A DNA stretch of 64,000 nucleotides, from contig JAYFRN010000043.1 of the NCBI GenBank assembly GCA_034925865.1, positions 4,360-68,359 on the forward strand, in the 5' to 3' direction. The number at the start of each line of letters is the position of its first letter. Within the stretch, counting starts at the first letter, position 1. Source of the DNA: Oscillospiraceae bacterium. Lineage in GTDB: Bacteria > Bacillota > Clostridia > Oscillospirales > SIG627. The notes beneath the pieces are model-generated. The model saw only the letters and a list, made by a program, of their open reading frames with translations, did no database searches and had not been told where the DNA came from. Made by a program: the position numbers and the translations under genes. Shown here piece after piece: positions 27,461 through 37,378 of the stretch.

Positions 27461-28177
27461 TTGACAGAACAAAAGCGACCATCGAATAGGAATATAGGAT
27501 TTATTTTGCTTGTCGCGGTGACATGCGTTGCGCTTATGGCGGCGTTTGAGATTATCTGGAAGCCGTCTTATATAATTAAAGCTGGTGTTAAGATCGTGTT
27601 GCTTTTGATTATACCTCTGGTTGTGACATTTTCTTTCCGCTGCTGTTCCGGCGTTAATAAAGTTGCCATCGGCTTTATGAGAGCATTGAAACCGGGAATT
27701 AAAACTGGTATAATAGCAGTAACAATAGGAGCCGCGGTTTATGCTTTTATCATAATAGCTTATCTGCTCCTTAGAAACATAATTGATCTCTCCCGCGTGA
27801 CCGACGCGCTGGCAAACGGTGTCGGAGTTGGCAAAGATAATTTCCTGTATGTATCGCTGTATATTGCCTTTGTGAATTCATTGATCGAAGAGGTTTTTTT
27901 TAGGGCATTTTGCTTTTTTGGCTTAAAGACATTGATTCCGAGGAGAAAAGCATATCTTTTTTCATCTGTATTATTTTCCGTATATCATGTATCGATGCTG
28001 ATCGGATGGTTTTCTATTCCTATTTTTGCGGCGGTGCTCATTGCGTTGGTGGCGGCCGGAGTTATTTTTATCGGAATCGACGAAGCATTCAACAGTGTGT
28101 TTGCCTCTTGGGCGACGCATTGCTTTTCCAATTTAGCTGTTAATACTATCGGATTGGTGCTTCTTAAAATAATATAA
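27461..28177 (+). CDS. CPBP (CAAX/Abi) family intramembrane glutamic endopeptidase
   Basis: EEVFFRAF, FSVYH and H..SN motifs in a multi-TM protein. TTG start preceded by AAGGAGA. Confidence 0.75.
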   Translation: MTEQKRPSNRNIGFILLVAVTCVALMAAFEIIWKPSYIIKAGVKIVLLLIIPLVVTFSFRCCSGVNKVAIGFMRALKPGIKTGIIAVTIGAAVYAFIIIAYLLLRNIIDLSRVTDALANGVGVGKDNFLYVSLYIAFVNSLIEEVFFRAFCFFGLKTLIPRRKAYLFSSVLFSVYHVSMLIGWFSIPIFAAVLIALVAAGVIFIGIDEAFNSVFASWATHCFSNLAVNTIGLVLLKII

Positions 28178-28200
28178 ATTCAAAAGGAGTCGTATGCCAT

Positions 28201-28827
28201 ATGACAAATGAAAAAAATTTATATATCGTATTTTCGCACACATCCACAAGAATCGGCGGAATAATCAGATTAATGACAGGAAATTTTTATAACCATGCAT
28301 CGCTTGCTCTTGATCCGTCGCTGGAAAAGCTTTATTCATGCGCGAGATACCGTAAAAACGTGCCTCTTGCCGGCGGCTTTGTAGTTGAAACGCCAAAAAG
28401 ATATATGTGCGACCACGCTTACATTCCGATAAAAATATGCTGTCTGTCCGTTTCTAACGAGAGATATGAAAAAATTAAATCCGAGATTTCCGTGGCAGCG
28501 GAAAATCCCGGATATATAATATACAACACTTATGACGCGCTTGCCTGTATCTGCGGATTCAGATACAGGATAAATCACGCCTATACCTGTATCAGTTTTG
28601 TCGCCGCCATGCTCGACCTTGAAGAAATAGCTATGATACCACAGCTTGAAGAGTTACTTTCCAATTATGTTATATACGAAGGGATGCTCGGGGATTACAC
28701 AGATATCAGGCAAGGCATTAAAGATGACAGGTTTTTCATTCCAACCGGCTTTGCGTCTGCGTGCAGCGAGACGTTTTCGCATTTTAAAAATCTTGAGCGT
28801 CGCCGCCACGGCTTTACTGACGCATAA
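28201..28827 (+). CDS. hypothetical protein (208 aa)
   Basis: Clean ORF. Its 3' end overlaps the convergent terminase gene by 14 nt. No family recognised. Confidence 0.45.
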   Translation: MTNEKNLYIVFSHTSTRIGGIIRLMTGNFYNHASLALDPSLEKLYSCARYRKNVPLAGGFVVETPKRYMCDHAYIPIKICCLSVSNERYEKIKSEISVAAENPGYIIYNTYDALACICGFRYRINHAYTCISFVAAMLDLEEIAMIPQLEELLSNYVIYEGMLGDYTDIRQGIKDDRFFIPTGFASACSETFSHFKNLERRRHGFTDA

Positions 28828-30217
28828 AGACTGAATAATCGCCTCTTTCTTCACCGAAAAATTCCTCTTTGAGGGATTTTTCTTTTTTATTGTTGATCTG
28901 AAAGCGCGATTTACCCGGCAGGAAGCTTAAAGACATTACTCCGTATCTGAGAGCGTCCGGAGCATGAGTAAATTCGTGCGGAGTTCTCGACGCGTCTTCG
29001 GCTTCGTACTTGTCGAAGGTGAGCTTCGGTAGCGTCCTAATCAGATTTGTACAGCAGGAAAAGATCGCAAAACGCGTTTTAATATTATCATTGCTGATAT
29101 TGCCGTCATTGCTATACTCAATTTCGGTGTGCAGAAATTCGCGCAGCCTTCGCCATCCGGCGATTCTTGCATTATCTGCCGCAGTCAGCTTTGATAGCCC
29201 TGACGCGCGCATTACGTCAAAGCCGCTCATTCCGCTTTCCTGCCTCCTTCCGGCAAGATCAGGGCTCGCGCATATGTATCGCACTATATCGTTTTTCTGC
29301 GCTTCCGCGATCCGTTTTGCCGCTTCCGAAAGAATCAGATCCGGCTCGTATAGCTCACGGTATACATAAAGTTTACCGAGATCAGGCGGATAACACAGCC
29401 AAAGGCAGGCCGTCATATCAAGTCCGTAATCCAGGCATGCGAATCTAAGCCAGTCAGAGGGGATAACGAATGGTTCGCAAACATGTAAATCGCGTGTGAA
29501 TTCCGGAAAATATTGCCCCTCGAATGCGTCCCAGTCACCGTCGAGCATGGCTCTTCTGCGGATAGGAGGGAGACTTTTCAAGTTCCGGATATAATCAGGA
29601 TTATGCTTCATTATAAATTCATTATCGTAAACAGTGGATCTTATAAAAACATAATCCTCCGCGGATTCGCCTTCGTGAAAATCCTTGTCGATAAACAGAC
29701 GCTTGAACCATGCGTGACCTACTCCGCCCGGATTGCAGGTAAAGTACATACGCGGACAGAATTCCGCCTTCATCATACCCGATACGCGGCAGCATTCCGT
29801 CATAGCCATATATTGTTCTTCGGTGAATTGTGTCGCTTCCTCCATGCCTATGCAGTCATATGACTGCCCCTGATATTGGAGCGCATCAAATTTATCCGCG
29901 AGATAACCTAATTTAATACGGCTTGTGTTTGGGAAGATGAATTCCTTTGTGCTGTCACGGTATTTAGCGATGCCGTACAGTATCTTTCTCATCGGGTTAA
30001 TATGATTTTCGCGCAGCTCCGGGAAGTTACGTCGTAAAAGCAGGATTTGTATACCGCTGAGATTCAAAGCAAGCAAAATAAGCTTTGTCCTCATCGCATA
30101 GCTTTTTCCTCCGCCTCTTGCACCTCCATAAGCTATCCTTCGCGCGTCAGCTGTGAAGAATTTTTCCTGAGGAGGGAAGGGACGGAGTGATTTTATATAT
30201 TTATCTGTTCTTTTCAA
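28814..30217 (-). CDS. phage terminase large subunit (467 aa)
   Basis: Walker A GGARGGGKS, CIGMEEATQF Walker B-like, CNPGGVGHAW, and a nuclease-half Asp motif LDYGLD. Full length. Confidence 0.8.
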   Translation of the reverse strand: MKRTDKYIKSLRPFPPQEKFFTADARRIAYGGARGGGKSYAMRTKLILLALNLSGIQILLLRRNFPELRENHINPMRKILYGIAKYRDSTKEFIFPNTSRIKLGYLADKFDALQYQGQSYDCIGMEEATQFTEEQYMAMTECCRVSGMMKAEFCPRMYFTCNPGGVGHAWFKRLFIDKDFHEGESAEDYVFIRSTVYDNEFIMKHNPDYIRNLKSLPPIRRRAMLDGDWDAFEGQYFPEFTRDLHVCEPFVIPSDWLRFACLDYGLDMTACLWLCYPPDLGKLYVYRELYEPDLILSEAAKRIAEAQKNDIVRYICASPDLAGRRQESGMSGFDVMRASGLSKLTAADNARIAGWRRLREFLHTEIEYSNDGNISNDNIKTRFAIFSCCTNLIRTLPKLTFDKYEAEDASRTPHEFTHAPDALRYGVMSLSFLPGKSRFQINNKKEKSLKEEFFGEERGDYSVFMRQ

Positions 30218-30417
30218 ATTATAATACCGTTCCTTTGTTGATTTACAGCATACTGATGTTTATATCTTCTAATATAAAATTAAAGCTAAATTTCATTTTA
30301 AGCGTTCTATTGGTTTTGCATAATCTGTATTTTTACGGCGGTTACTCCGCTTACAGCGGCTTAAATTTACGAAATATATAATATTTTATGATAATTTTGG
30401 ATAACCTAAGATCGCTC

Positions 30418-30446
30418 TTGACATATATGTAACGTTGATGTATAAT
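30418..30446 (+). promoter_or_regulatory. sigma-A promoter for the TPP riboswitch-thiT unit
   Basis: TTGACA (30418-30423), 17 nt, TATAAT (30441-30446). Confidence 0.5.
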
Positions 30447-30455
30447 AAAAGCATA

Positions 30456-30583
30456 AACAGGGGTGCGAAAGCTGAGATGGATATATTTTATATCCGAACC
30501 CTATAACCTGATATGGATAATGCCGGCGTAGGGAGTTTATTATGTGTTTGCTTCTTCATGCACGGGTTTCCGTGCTTTTTTTG
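30456..30583 (+). promoter_or_regulatory. TPP (THI-box) riboswitch with terminator expression platform
   Basis: GGGGTGC...GCTGAGA...ACCCTATAACCTGATATGGATAATGCCGGCGTAGGGA matches the THI-element core. GCACGG-GTTT-CCGTGC plus TTTTTTT lies at 30560-30582. Confidence 0.85.
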
Positions 30584-30666
30584 CGCGGATCCCGTATTTG
30601 AAAAGTCTTCCGGACCTATCGCAGAGCTGTCGCATATCACGCGCTTTGCGCAGAAAGGAAGAAAAA

Positions 30667-31296
30667 ATGCAGACCGCAAAATATTCAAAGACAAGAACGC
30701 TTGTCGAATGCTCAATTCTCATCGCCGCCGCGACCGTGCTGAGTTTTATTAAAATTTATGAAGCTCCGCTCGGAGGGTCCGTAACGCTTTTCTCTATGGT
30801 TCCGATCATCGTGATTTCATTCAGACACGGTGTCAAATGGGGGCTTGCGAGTGGCTTCGTATATTCCGTGATACAGGCTCTTCTCGGAATTTCCGTGCTC
30901 GCATATGTGCCTACCGCAGTCGGAATAGTTATATCGACACTGCTTGATTATACTATCGCTTTTACCGTAATCGGTCTCGCGGGCATATTTAAAAATATAA
31001 AATTAACAACCTCGGAATCGGCAAACAGCTATATAGGAGCAATGCTGGGCGCGTTTTCGGTATGTGTCCTGCGTTTTATAAGCTCATATTTATCCGGGGT
31101 GGTCGTATGGTATGAAATAACCAAAAACGGCGACTGGAACGAATATGTTCATACCGTAGGCGCATGGCTTTATTCATTTGTATATAATATCACCTATCTC
31201 GGACCGGAGACGGTGCTTGTTCTGATCGCAATGGCTGTTATTGTCCGTGCCGGATTTATTAAACAGCGCGAAAAAATTAAATCATACACTTTTTAA
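30667..31296 (+). CDS. thiT: ECF-transporter S component for thiamine (ThiT)
   Basis: Six-TM ~209-aa protein colinear with L. lactis ThiT as I remember it (ISFRHGVKWGLASGF, LDYTIAFTVIGLAGIF). Immediately downstream of the TPP riboswitch. RBS AAAGGAAG. Confidence 0.8.
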   Translation: MQTAKYSKTRTLVECSILIAAATVLSFIKIYEAPLGGSVTLFSMVPIIVISFRHGVKWGLASGFVYSVIQALLGISVLAYVPTAVGIVISTLLDYTIAFTVIGLAGIFKNIKLTTSESANSYIGAMLGAFSVCVLRFISSYLSGVVVWYEITKNGDWNEYVHTVGAWLYSFVYNITYLGPETVLVLIAMAVIVRAGFIKQREKIKSYTF

Positions 31297-31330
31297 AGCG
31301 CATATATTAAAAACGGTTTACTTTCACGGC

Positions 31331-31386
31331 ATTTATTAACATGGCAATTAAATAAATCTTGTTTTATAGCGGTAATTATTCAATTT
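31331..31386. repeat. palindromic repeat, copy C (centre deleted)
   Basis: TTATTAACATGGCAATTAAATAAATCTTGTTTTATAGCGGTAATTATT: left arm joined directly to the right-arm segment. Confidence 0.5.
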
Positions 31387-31577
31387 TCGAGAAAACAAAT
31401 AATTGCGTCAATATATGGTTAATCCTGAAATTACAATGCAATAAGCGGTGCTTTCGGTATATGACAATCCGATGCGCCGCTTATTTAATGCCCGCTGAAC
31501 AATCATAAAACACATACGACAGTAGGTGGCAATCAATGGATACTATACCGTTCGAAAATGGCATTATTGAGTAGATA

Positions 31578-31979
31578 TTATTTACCCCATTTTTCGAATA
31601 AACACAGTGATTCGTCGTCGCTTTCTTCGTCTGATGATGCGGCAGCTTTCGACCAGCGCGGAAAATTTATTTCAAGAAAGAGTTTTGCGCCGGAAAATGA
31701 ATCTTTATTAAAAAGCCTTTCTTCGGCATAAGATTCAATCAGGAGCAGAGATCTTTTTACAAGCTGCATACATTTCGGATTATTTATATTAGTTATTTCC
31801 TCCGTTCCGGAAAGCCCTATTGCACAACAATATCCTGTGACCGTATAAGGCAGCTTATCGGACATATCTTGTATAATTGCGCCGTTTTTATCACGAACCG
31901 GCACGATTCTGCTTTTGAAATATGCCTCAGAAAGCTTTTTCAGCTTTTTATAATTATTTTGCTCATTTCCATTGTCCAT
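31578..31979 (-). CDS. phage terminase small subunit, gp3-like DNA-packaging protein (133 aa)
   Basis: LPYTVTGYCCAIGLS, IESYAEERLF and GAKLFLEINFPRW match the remembered PYTvtGLalaLG / AE..L / NfGW pattern of gp3-type small terminases. Confidence 0.65.
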   Translation of the reverse strand: MDNGNEQNNYKKLKKLSEAYFKSRIVPVRDKNGAIIQDMSDKLPYTVTGYCCAIGLSGTEEITNINNPKCMQLVKRSLLLIESYAEERLFNKDSFSGAKLFLEINFPRWSKAAASSDEESDDESLCLFEKWGK

Positions 31980-32054
31980 TAATATTGAAAATCCTTTGTC
32001 ATTAATTCTTTCATCAGAAATTTAATCTGAAAATTTAACAATCATTATTAAAAT

Positions 32055-32110
32055 CGAAAAGCCCATATACCGGAGACTTTTCTCATAAAAAAACATTAAT
32101 TATTAAATAC
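32055..32110. repeat. palindromic repeat, copy D (centre plus degenerate arm)
   Basis: CGAAAAGCCCATATACCGGAGACTTTTCTCATAAAAAAACATTAATTATTAAAT. Confidence 0.45.
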
Positions 32111-32292
32111 TACATACGACAAATGACATACAATGACGATTACGGGTTTGTTAGCTGAGTTTAATGATAAATTAAATTATAACTCTTTTCATATAATTTC
32201 ATGTTGAAAATATTATAATAATCGGTATAATAAAGTGTATAGACAATTTCAATTCAAAAATTATTGCGAAAATTTTATTCAAAGGACAACAA

Positions 32293-32898
32293 ATGGGATT
32301 CACGGAGCTTTTTCTGATTGCCGTCGGGTTATCAATGGACGCCTTTGCGGTATGTATCTGCAAGGGACTAAATATGAAAGAAGTAAATTATCGCAGCGCT
32401 CTTTTAATGGCTGTTTTTTTTGGCGGATTTCAGGCGCTCATGCCGCTGATAGGATGGCTGACAGGCTCGAGGTTTCAGCGCTATATAACCGATTATGATC
32501 ACTGGATAGCTTTTTTGCTTTTGGGCATTATCGGAGGTAAAATGATTTTGGATGCCCTGAAGCCTGACAGCGGTAAAGATAACATAAATAAATCCGATTG
32601 TAAAACCGAAATGGAAAATAGCAATGGTATAATAACAATAAAAGAGCTTTTTGCTCTCGCTGTGGCAACAAGCATTGACGCTCTTGCAGTCGGTATTACC
32701 TTCGCGCTGCTTCCCGATATAAATATATGGGTTTCAATAACAACAATAGGAGTGACAACATTTGTTCTTTCCGCACTCGGAGTTGTGGCGGGAAACAGGA
32801 TCGGTAATAAATATGAAAAGAAAGCAGAGCTTGCGGGAGGCATAATTCTTGTATTGATCGGGTTGAAAATTCTTTTAGAGCATCTTATCTTTTATTAA
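32293..32898 (+). CDS. mntP: manganese efflux pump MntP
   Basis: FLIAVGLSMDAFAVCICKG, and the duplicated half VATSIDALAVGITFAL. Size 201 aa. Confidence 0.85.
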   Translation: MGFTELFLIAVGLSMDAFAVCICKGLNMKEVNYRSALLMAVFFGGFQALMPLIGWLTGSRFQRYITDYDHWIAFLLLGIIGGKMILDALKPDSGKDNINKSDCKTEMENSNGIITIKELFALAVATSIDALAVGITFALLPDINIWVSITTIGVTTFVLSALGVVAGNRIGNKYEKKAELAGGIILVLIGLKILLEHLIFY

Positions 32899-33041
32899 AA
32901 ATTCATATTCCAGAGACTATTCACATAAAAAGCGTGAGTATTTGATTGCGCGTCACTGTTTAACGAAATCGCGGTATTGAATTTACTTTGCATTTGTGAT
33001 AAAATAATACTTAATAGTTTTTTGAAAGGCACGGATTAACA

Positions 33042-35684
33042 ATGTCGCAACAGCTTGATAAAATTTACGATCCCAAAAGCTTTGAAGAGCGCCTTTATAA
33101 TACATGGGAGAAAAAAGGTTATTTCACACCCGATGACGACCATTCAAAGACGCCCTTTTGTATAGTAATACCGCCGCCAAACGTCACTGGCCAGCTTCAT
33201 ATGGGGCATGCTCTTGACAATACTCTTCAGGATATTATCATCCGTACAAAGAGGATGCAGGGATATAATGCACTATGGATTCCCGGCACGGATCACGCCG
33301 GCATAGCTACTCAAATAAAGGTTGAGGAAAGCCTTCGCAAAAACGAAGGTATTTCCAGATATGATCTTGGCAGAGCAGAGTTTGTTAAACGCGTTTGGAA
33401 ATGGAAGGAGCTTTATGGAAACAGGATAATTGAGCAACTTAAAAAGCTTGGATCTTCCTGCGACTGGACAAGGCTCAGATTCACGATGGACGATAATCTT
33501 TCAGAGGCTGTCAAAAAAACTTTCGTTTCACTGTATGAACGCGGACTGATATACAGAGGCTACAGGATAATCAACTGGTGTCCGAAATGCGCGACCGCGC
33601 TTTCCGACACTGAGGTTGATTATAAGGAGCTTCCCGGGCATTTCTGGCATATCAGGTATCCTTTTGAGGATGGAAGCGGTTATGTGGTCATTGCCACGAC
33701 ACGTCCCGAGACAATGCTCGGAGATACTGCCGTCGCGGTTCATCCGGATGACGAAAGATATAAATCAATAGTAGGGAAGAACCTTATTTTACCGCTTGTC
33801 GGGCGCAAAATACCTGTTATCGCCGATGAATATGTCGATAAGGACTTCGGAACCGGCTGTGTCAAGATCACGCCGTGTCATGATCCCAACGATTTTGAGG
33901 TTGGTATACGTCATAATCTCGAAATGATCGTCATGCTGGACGGAAACGCAAGGATTAATAATAATGGCGGTAAATATGAGGGAATGGACAGATACGAAGC
34001 AAGAAAAGCGATTGTTCAGGATCTCGAAGCGGCCGGACTTCTTGTCAAGGTCGAAGAGCATTCACACAATGTCGCTCATTGCTATCGCTGCGGAACCGTT
34101 GTGGAGCCGATATCAAGCCGCCAATGGTTTGTAAAAATGAAGCCGCTTGCCGAGCCGGCAATACAGGTCGTCAAAGATAACAAGCTTGAATTCATTCCGG
34201 ATCGCTTTTCAAAGATTTACCTTAACTGGATGGAAAACATTCACGACTGGTGCATTTCGCGCCAGCTCTGGTGGGGTCACCGCATTCCGGCGTTTTACTG
34301 TGACGACTGCGGCGAAATGAGCGTCTCCCGCGATGATCTCAAGATCTGTCCGAAATGCGGAAGCAAAAACATTCATCAGGACGAGGATGTGCTTGACACC
34401 TGGTTTTCCTCTGCGTTGTGGCCGTTTTCCACGCTCGGTTGGCCGAACAAAACCAAAGATCTCGAATATTTCTATCCGACGAGCGTTCTTGTAACCGGCT
34501 ATGATATAATAACCTTCTGGGTAAGCAAGATGATCTTCTCCGGACTGGACGCGATGAACGAAATACCGTTCAGATATGTCTGCGTCCATGGTTTGGTTAG
34601 AGATTCACAGGGCAGAAAGATGTCAAAGTCACTCGGCAACGGTATCGATCCGCTTGAAGTTATCGACAAATATGGCGCAGATGCGCTGCGTTTTACGCTT
34701 GCTACCGGTAATTCACCCGGAAACGATATGCGATTCAACCCCGAAAGAGTTGAGGCGGCACGTAATTTTGCAAACAAGATATGGAACGCCGCGAGATTCA
34801 TTCTTATGAACCTTGATATTGAAGAAGTCGTTTCGCCGCTTTCTGCTTCATTAGAGATAGGGCTTGCACAGGAGGATAAATGGCTTCTTCATAAATTCAA
34901 CGCGCTTATTGCCGATGTCACAGAAAATATCGATAAATACGAGCTTGGAATTGCGCTTTCAAAGCTGTATGATTTTTTCTGGGATGTGTTCTGCGACTGG
35001 TATATAGAGCTTGTGAAGCCCAGGCTTTCAGATAAAGATTGTCCGAGCAACAAAGCCGCTCAGAATACGATTACCTATGTATTCACCGAAGCTCTCAAGC
35101 TGCTGCATCCGTTTATGCCGTTCATCACCGAAGAAATTTATCTCACGCTTCCGCATGGCAGCGAAAGCATAATGATTTCACAGTGGCCGAAGGTAGATCC
35201 GGATTATGACTTTGCCGTGGACGCGGATAACACTCAAAAGGCGATTGAGCTTATCCGGCTGATACGCAACCGTCGCGCGGAAATGAATGTACCGCCATCC
35301 AAAAAGGCTCACATATTCATCAAAACCGACGAAAAGGCCGCTTTTTCAGGCAGCGAGCAATACTTTTCAAGGCTTGCCGGAGCGTCCGGAGTGACTTTTG
35401 TCGATGAATTCGACGCCGAAAACAGCGTGGCTGTTGTCTCCGACAGCGCGGTATGCTATATTCCGCTTTCCGAAATGATTGATTTCGACAAGGAGAGGGA
35501 ACGCATTGCAAAGGAAAACGAGCGGCTCAATTCAGAAATCGAAAGAATAAATAAAAAGCTGTCAAACGCCGAATTTGTTTCAAAGGCTCCTGAGCGAGTT
35601 ATAAACGCGGAGCGCGATAAGCTTGCCGGCTATATCAACGCGCTTGAAAACCTGCGTGAAGCCGCAAAGAAGATCGAAATATAA
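33042..35684 (+). CDS. valS: valine--tRNA ligase
   Basis: [14 protein letters not shown] (HIGH), KMSKSLGN (KMSKS), C-terminal coiled coil, 880 aa. Confidence 0.97.
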   Translation: MSQQLDKIYDPKSFEERLYNTWEKKGYFTPDDDHSKTPFCIVIPPPNVTGQLHMGHALDNTLQDIIIRTKRMQGYNALWIPGTDHAGIATQIKVEESLRKNEGISRYDLGRAEFVKRVWKWKELYGNRIIEQLKKLGSSCDWTRLRFTMDDNLSEAVKKTFVSLYERGLIYRGYRIINWCPKCATALSDTEVDYKELPGHFWHIRYPFEDGSGYVVIATTRPETMLGDTAVAVHPDDERYKSIVGKNLILPLVGRKIPVIADEYVDKDFGTGCVKITPCHDPNDFEVGIRHNLEMIVMLDGNARINNNGGKYEGMDRYEARKAIVQDLEAAGLLVKVEEHSHNVAHCYRCGTVVEPISSRQWFVKMKPLAEPAIQVVKDNKLEFIPDRFSKIYLNWMENIHDWCISRQLWWGHRIPAFYCDDCGEMSVSRDDLKICPKCGSKNIHQDEDVLDTWFSSALWPFSTLGWPNKTKDLEYFYPTSVLVTGYDIITFWVSKMIFSGLDAMNEIPFRYVCVHGLVRDSQGRKMSKSLGNGIDPLEVIDKYGADALRFTLATGNSPGNDMRFNPERVEAARNFANKIWNAARFILMNLDIEEVVSPLSASLEIGLAQEDKWLLHKFNALIADVTENIDKYELGIALSKLYDFFWDVFCDWYIELVKPRLSDKDCPSNKAAQNTITYVFTEALKLLHPFMPFITEEIYLTLPHGSESIMISQWPKVDPDYDFAVDADNTQKAIELIRLIRNRRAEMNVPPSKKAHIFIKTDEKAAFSGSEQYFSRLAGASGVTFVDEFDAENSVAVVSDSAVCYIPLSEMIDFDKERERIAKENERLNSEIERINKKLSNAEFVSKAPERVINAERDKLAGYINALENLREAAKKIEI

Positions 35685-35721
35685 TTTTTTAAGCAATTTT
35701 TCGCGGAATCATTATAACATT

Positions 35722-35768
35722 AAACCATGATTTTGATATTCAGTCGGATATTGAATCATGGTTTTATT
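35722..35768 (+). terminator. valS terminator
   Basis: AAACCATGATT ... AATCATGGTTT stem followed by a T-rich run. Confidence 0.7.
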
Positions 35769-35908
35769 GTAGTGTAACAATATCGGATATACTTATGTTC
35801 ACTGTATTTATTTGCATTTTTGTGAGACACTATTTATGCGCTAATATTTATAATCATTGAATGCAACAGAAAAGATTAGCTGTGATTTAGAAATCTCTCC
35901 CTATAGTA

Positions 35909-35937
35909 TTGACAATTATATATAAATATGATATAAA
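35909..35937 (+). promoter_or_regulatory. near-consensus sigma-A promoter for the rSAM operon
   Basis: TTGACA (35909-35914), 17 nt, TATAAA (35932-35937). Confidence 0.5.
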
Positions 35938-35965
35938 TATTATGTAATATTGTATTTTAATTAAT

Positions 35966-36253
35966 ATGTGGTTTAATGTTATTATGAAGATCAAAAGCGG
36001 GTATATTTTTAGAAATATTGCCGATCAGCCTATGGTGATCCCGGTATCTGACAGAATTGCCGATTTCAACGGAATAATATCCCTTAATGAAGCCGGCGCT
36101 TTTCTCTGGCGGCTTCTTGAGCCCGGAGCTGAACGCGACGAGCTTATTTCCGCTTTGCTCGGCGAGTATGATTTATCACGTACTGATGCCGAAAAAGACG
36201 TAGATGATTTTATAAAGATTCTTTCCGAAAGAAATGTGCTGGAAAATCAATGA
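35966..36253 (+). CDS. PqqD-family peptide-binding (RRE-type) protein
   Basis: ~90 aa with the typical PqqD-family shape (FRNIADQPMVIPV...ISLNEAGAFLWRLLE...ELISALLGEYDL...DVDDFIKILSERNVL). The start could be ATG 35966 or 35984; neither has a good SD. The stop overlaps the rSAM start. Confidence 0.75.
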   Translation: MWFNVIMKIKSGYIFRNIADQPMVIPVSDRIADFNGIISLNEAGAFLWRLLEPGAERDELISALLGEYDLSRTDAEKDVDDFIKILSERNVLENQ

Positions 36254-37359
36254 CGCATATCACGAGGCGCCCGGTCAATGCGACTCTTGAACTGACAGTC
36301 AGATGCAATCTAAGCTGTAAAATGTGCCTGGTCCGACGCTCCGCGGAAGATATTTCATCAAGCGGAACAAACGAGCTTAACGCGGATCAATGGCTTTCGC
36401 TTGCGCGTGAAATGTTGAATGCGGGGACTCTTTCGTTGTTGATCACAGGCGGTGAGCCGATGCTCCGCTCCGACTTTTCAAAAATATATTCGGGAATCGC
36501 ATCAATGGGCTTTATCACGTCGCTGTATACAAACGCCACTCTTCTCACGCCTGAGATATGCTCTGTCTTAGAAAAGCATCCGCCGCATAAAATCGGAGTT
36601 ACCGTATATGGCGCTTCTCCGGAAACATACGGACGAGTATGCGGAAATTCCGGAGCATATGAAAAGATGAAAAATGGAGTCGGTTTTTTAAAACGTCTTC
36701 CGTCCGTCATGTCTCTGAGAACAACTATAATAAAAGATAATTTATGCGATCTGGAACGCATACGGGAATTTGCTGTTGAAACAGCGATATCTGCAGGCAA
36801 AAAGATTCCCTTCAATATCAGCCGCTTTGTCACAAAGCCGGTGCGCGGCGCGAAAGCGGATGTCGATTCCGTAAGGCTTTCGCCTGAGGAAAATATAAAA
36901 ATGCTTTTTGGTTCTGCGAAAGAGCTTATACAAAAACTATATATGGACAATTCCGAAGCCGCTGAAAAATTCATTCAAAGAGAGAAATGTATTTCCGAAG
37001 AAGATCAGGAAAAATTAAATTCTTCCGAAACCTGTATGTACGGGTGCTCGGCGGGAATAAATTCGTTTACAGTTTCCTGGGATGGAAAGCTTTACGGTTG
37101 TCAACTTCTTTCGGATGTATATACATTGCCGCTTGAAAGCGGATTCATAAAGGCATGGGAAGAGCTTCCCGAAAAAGTCGTGTGTTCTTCCGTTCCTGAA
37201 AGATGCAAAAAATGCGAGCTTTCACAAAACTGTGTCGCTTGTCCTGCCACAAGACTTGCCGAAACCGGTATGCTCGACGGTTGCCCGGAATATACTCGGC
37301 AAGAAGCCGTGTATATGAAAAAACTTATCACAGACACTCTACAAAAAACAAAATTATGA
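36250..37359 (+). CDS. radical SAM enzyme with C-terminal SPASM-type auxiliary Fe-S domain
   Basis: CNLSCKMC (CxxxCxxC), GGEPML, and C-terminal CMYGCSAGINSFTVSWDGKLYGCQ...CKKCELSQNCVACPA. Confidence 0.85.
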   Translation: MTHITRRPVNATLELTVRCNLSCKMCLVRRSAEDISSSGTNELNADQWLSLAREMLNAGTLSLLITGGEPMLRSDFSKIYSGIASMGFITSLYTNATLLTPEICSVLEKHPPHKIGVTVYGASPETYGRVCGNSGAYEKMKNGVGFLKRLPSVMSLRTTIIKDNLCDLERIREFAVETAISAGKKIPFNISRFVTKPVRGAKADVDSVRLSPEENIKMLFGSAKELIQKLYMDNSEAAEKFIQREKCISEEDQEKLNSSETCMYGCSAGINSFTVSWDGKLYGCQLLSDVYTLPLESGFIKAWEELPEKVVCSSVPERCKKCELSQNCVACPATRLAETGMLDGCPEYTRQEAVYMKKLITDTLQKTKL

Positions 37360-37378
37360 CAGGGGGATTGAAATTAAA

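Noticed and set aside
30187-30381. 64-aa ORF in the AT-rich spacer upstream of the terminase large subunit gene.
   Set aside because: Its Ile/Leu/Phe/Tyr/Asn-rich product is typical of random AT-rich sequence. It has no RBS and overlaps the terL start.
31527-31546. Short shared motif GG(T/C)GG(C/T)AATCAATGGAT(A/G)CT at 31527-31546 and 39091-39110. Both copies lie just 3' of minus-strand genes.
   Set aside because: Only ~18 of 21 nt match, with two copies and no extended flanking similarity. This is too short to distinguish from chance without a genome-wide search.
28814-31979. Calling the region an integrated prophage.
   Set aside because: Only the two terminase genes are phage-like. There is no integrase, portal, capsid, tail or lysis gene and no att-like direct repeats. 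It is reported as an orphan terminase pair instead.
32111-32292. Possible yybP-ykoY manganese riboswitch upstream of mntP.
   Set aside because: I could not find the conserved GGGGAGTAG and paired distal motifs. The region is AT-rich and partly occupied by repeat copy D.
32899-33041. Possible T-box leader upstream of valS.
   Set aside because: The spacer is only ~140 nt, too short for a T-box. I found no T-box sequence (AATTAGGGTGGTACCGCG-like) and no terminator/antiterminator pair.
35795-35860. 21-codon ORF MFTVFICIFVRHYLCANIYNH upstream of the rSAM operon, considered as a RiPP precursor.
   Set aside because: It lies upstream of the only good promoter (35909-35937), has no Shine-Dalgarno sequence, and looks like AT-rich noise. 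It is kept only as a remote possibility.
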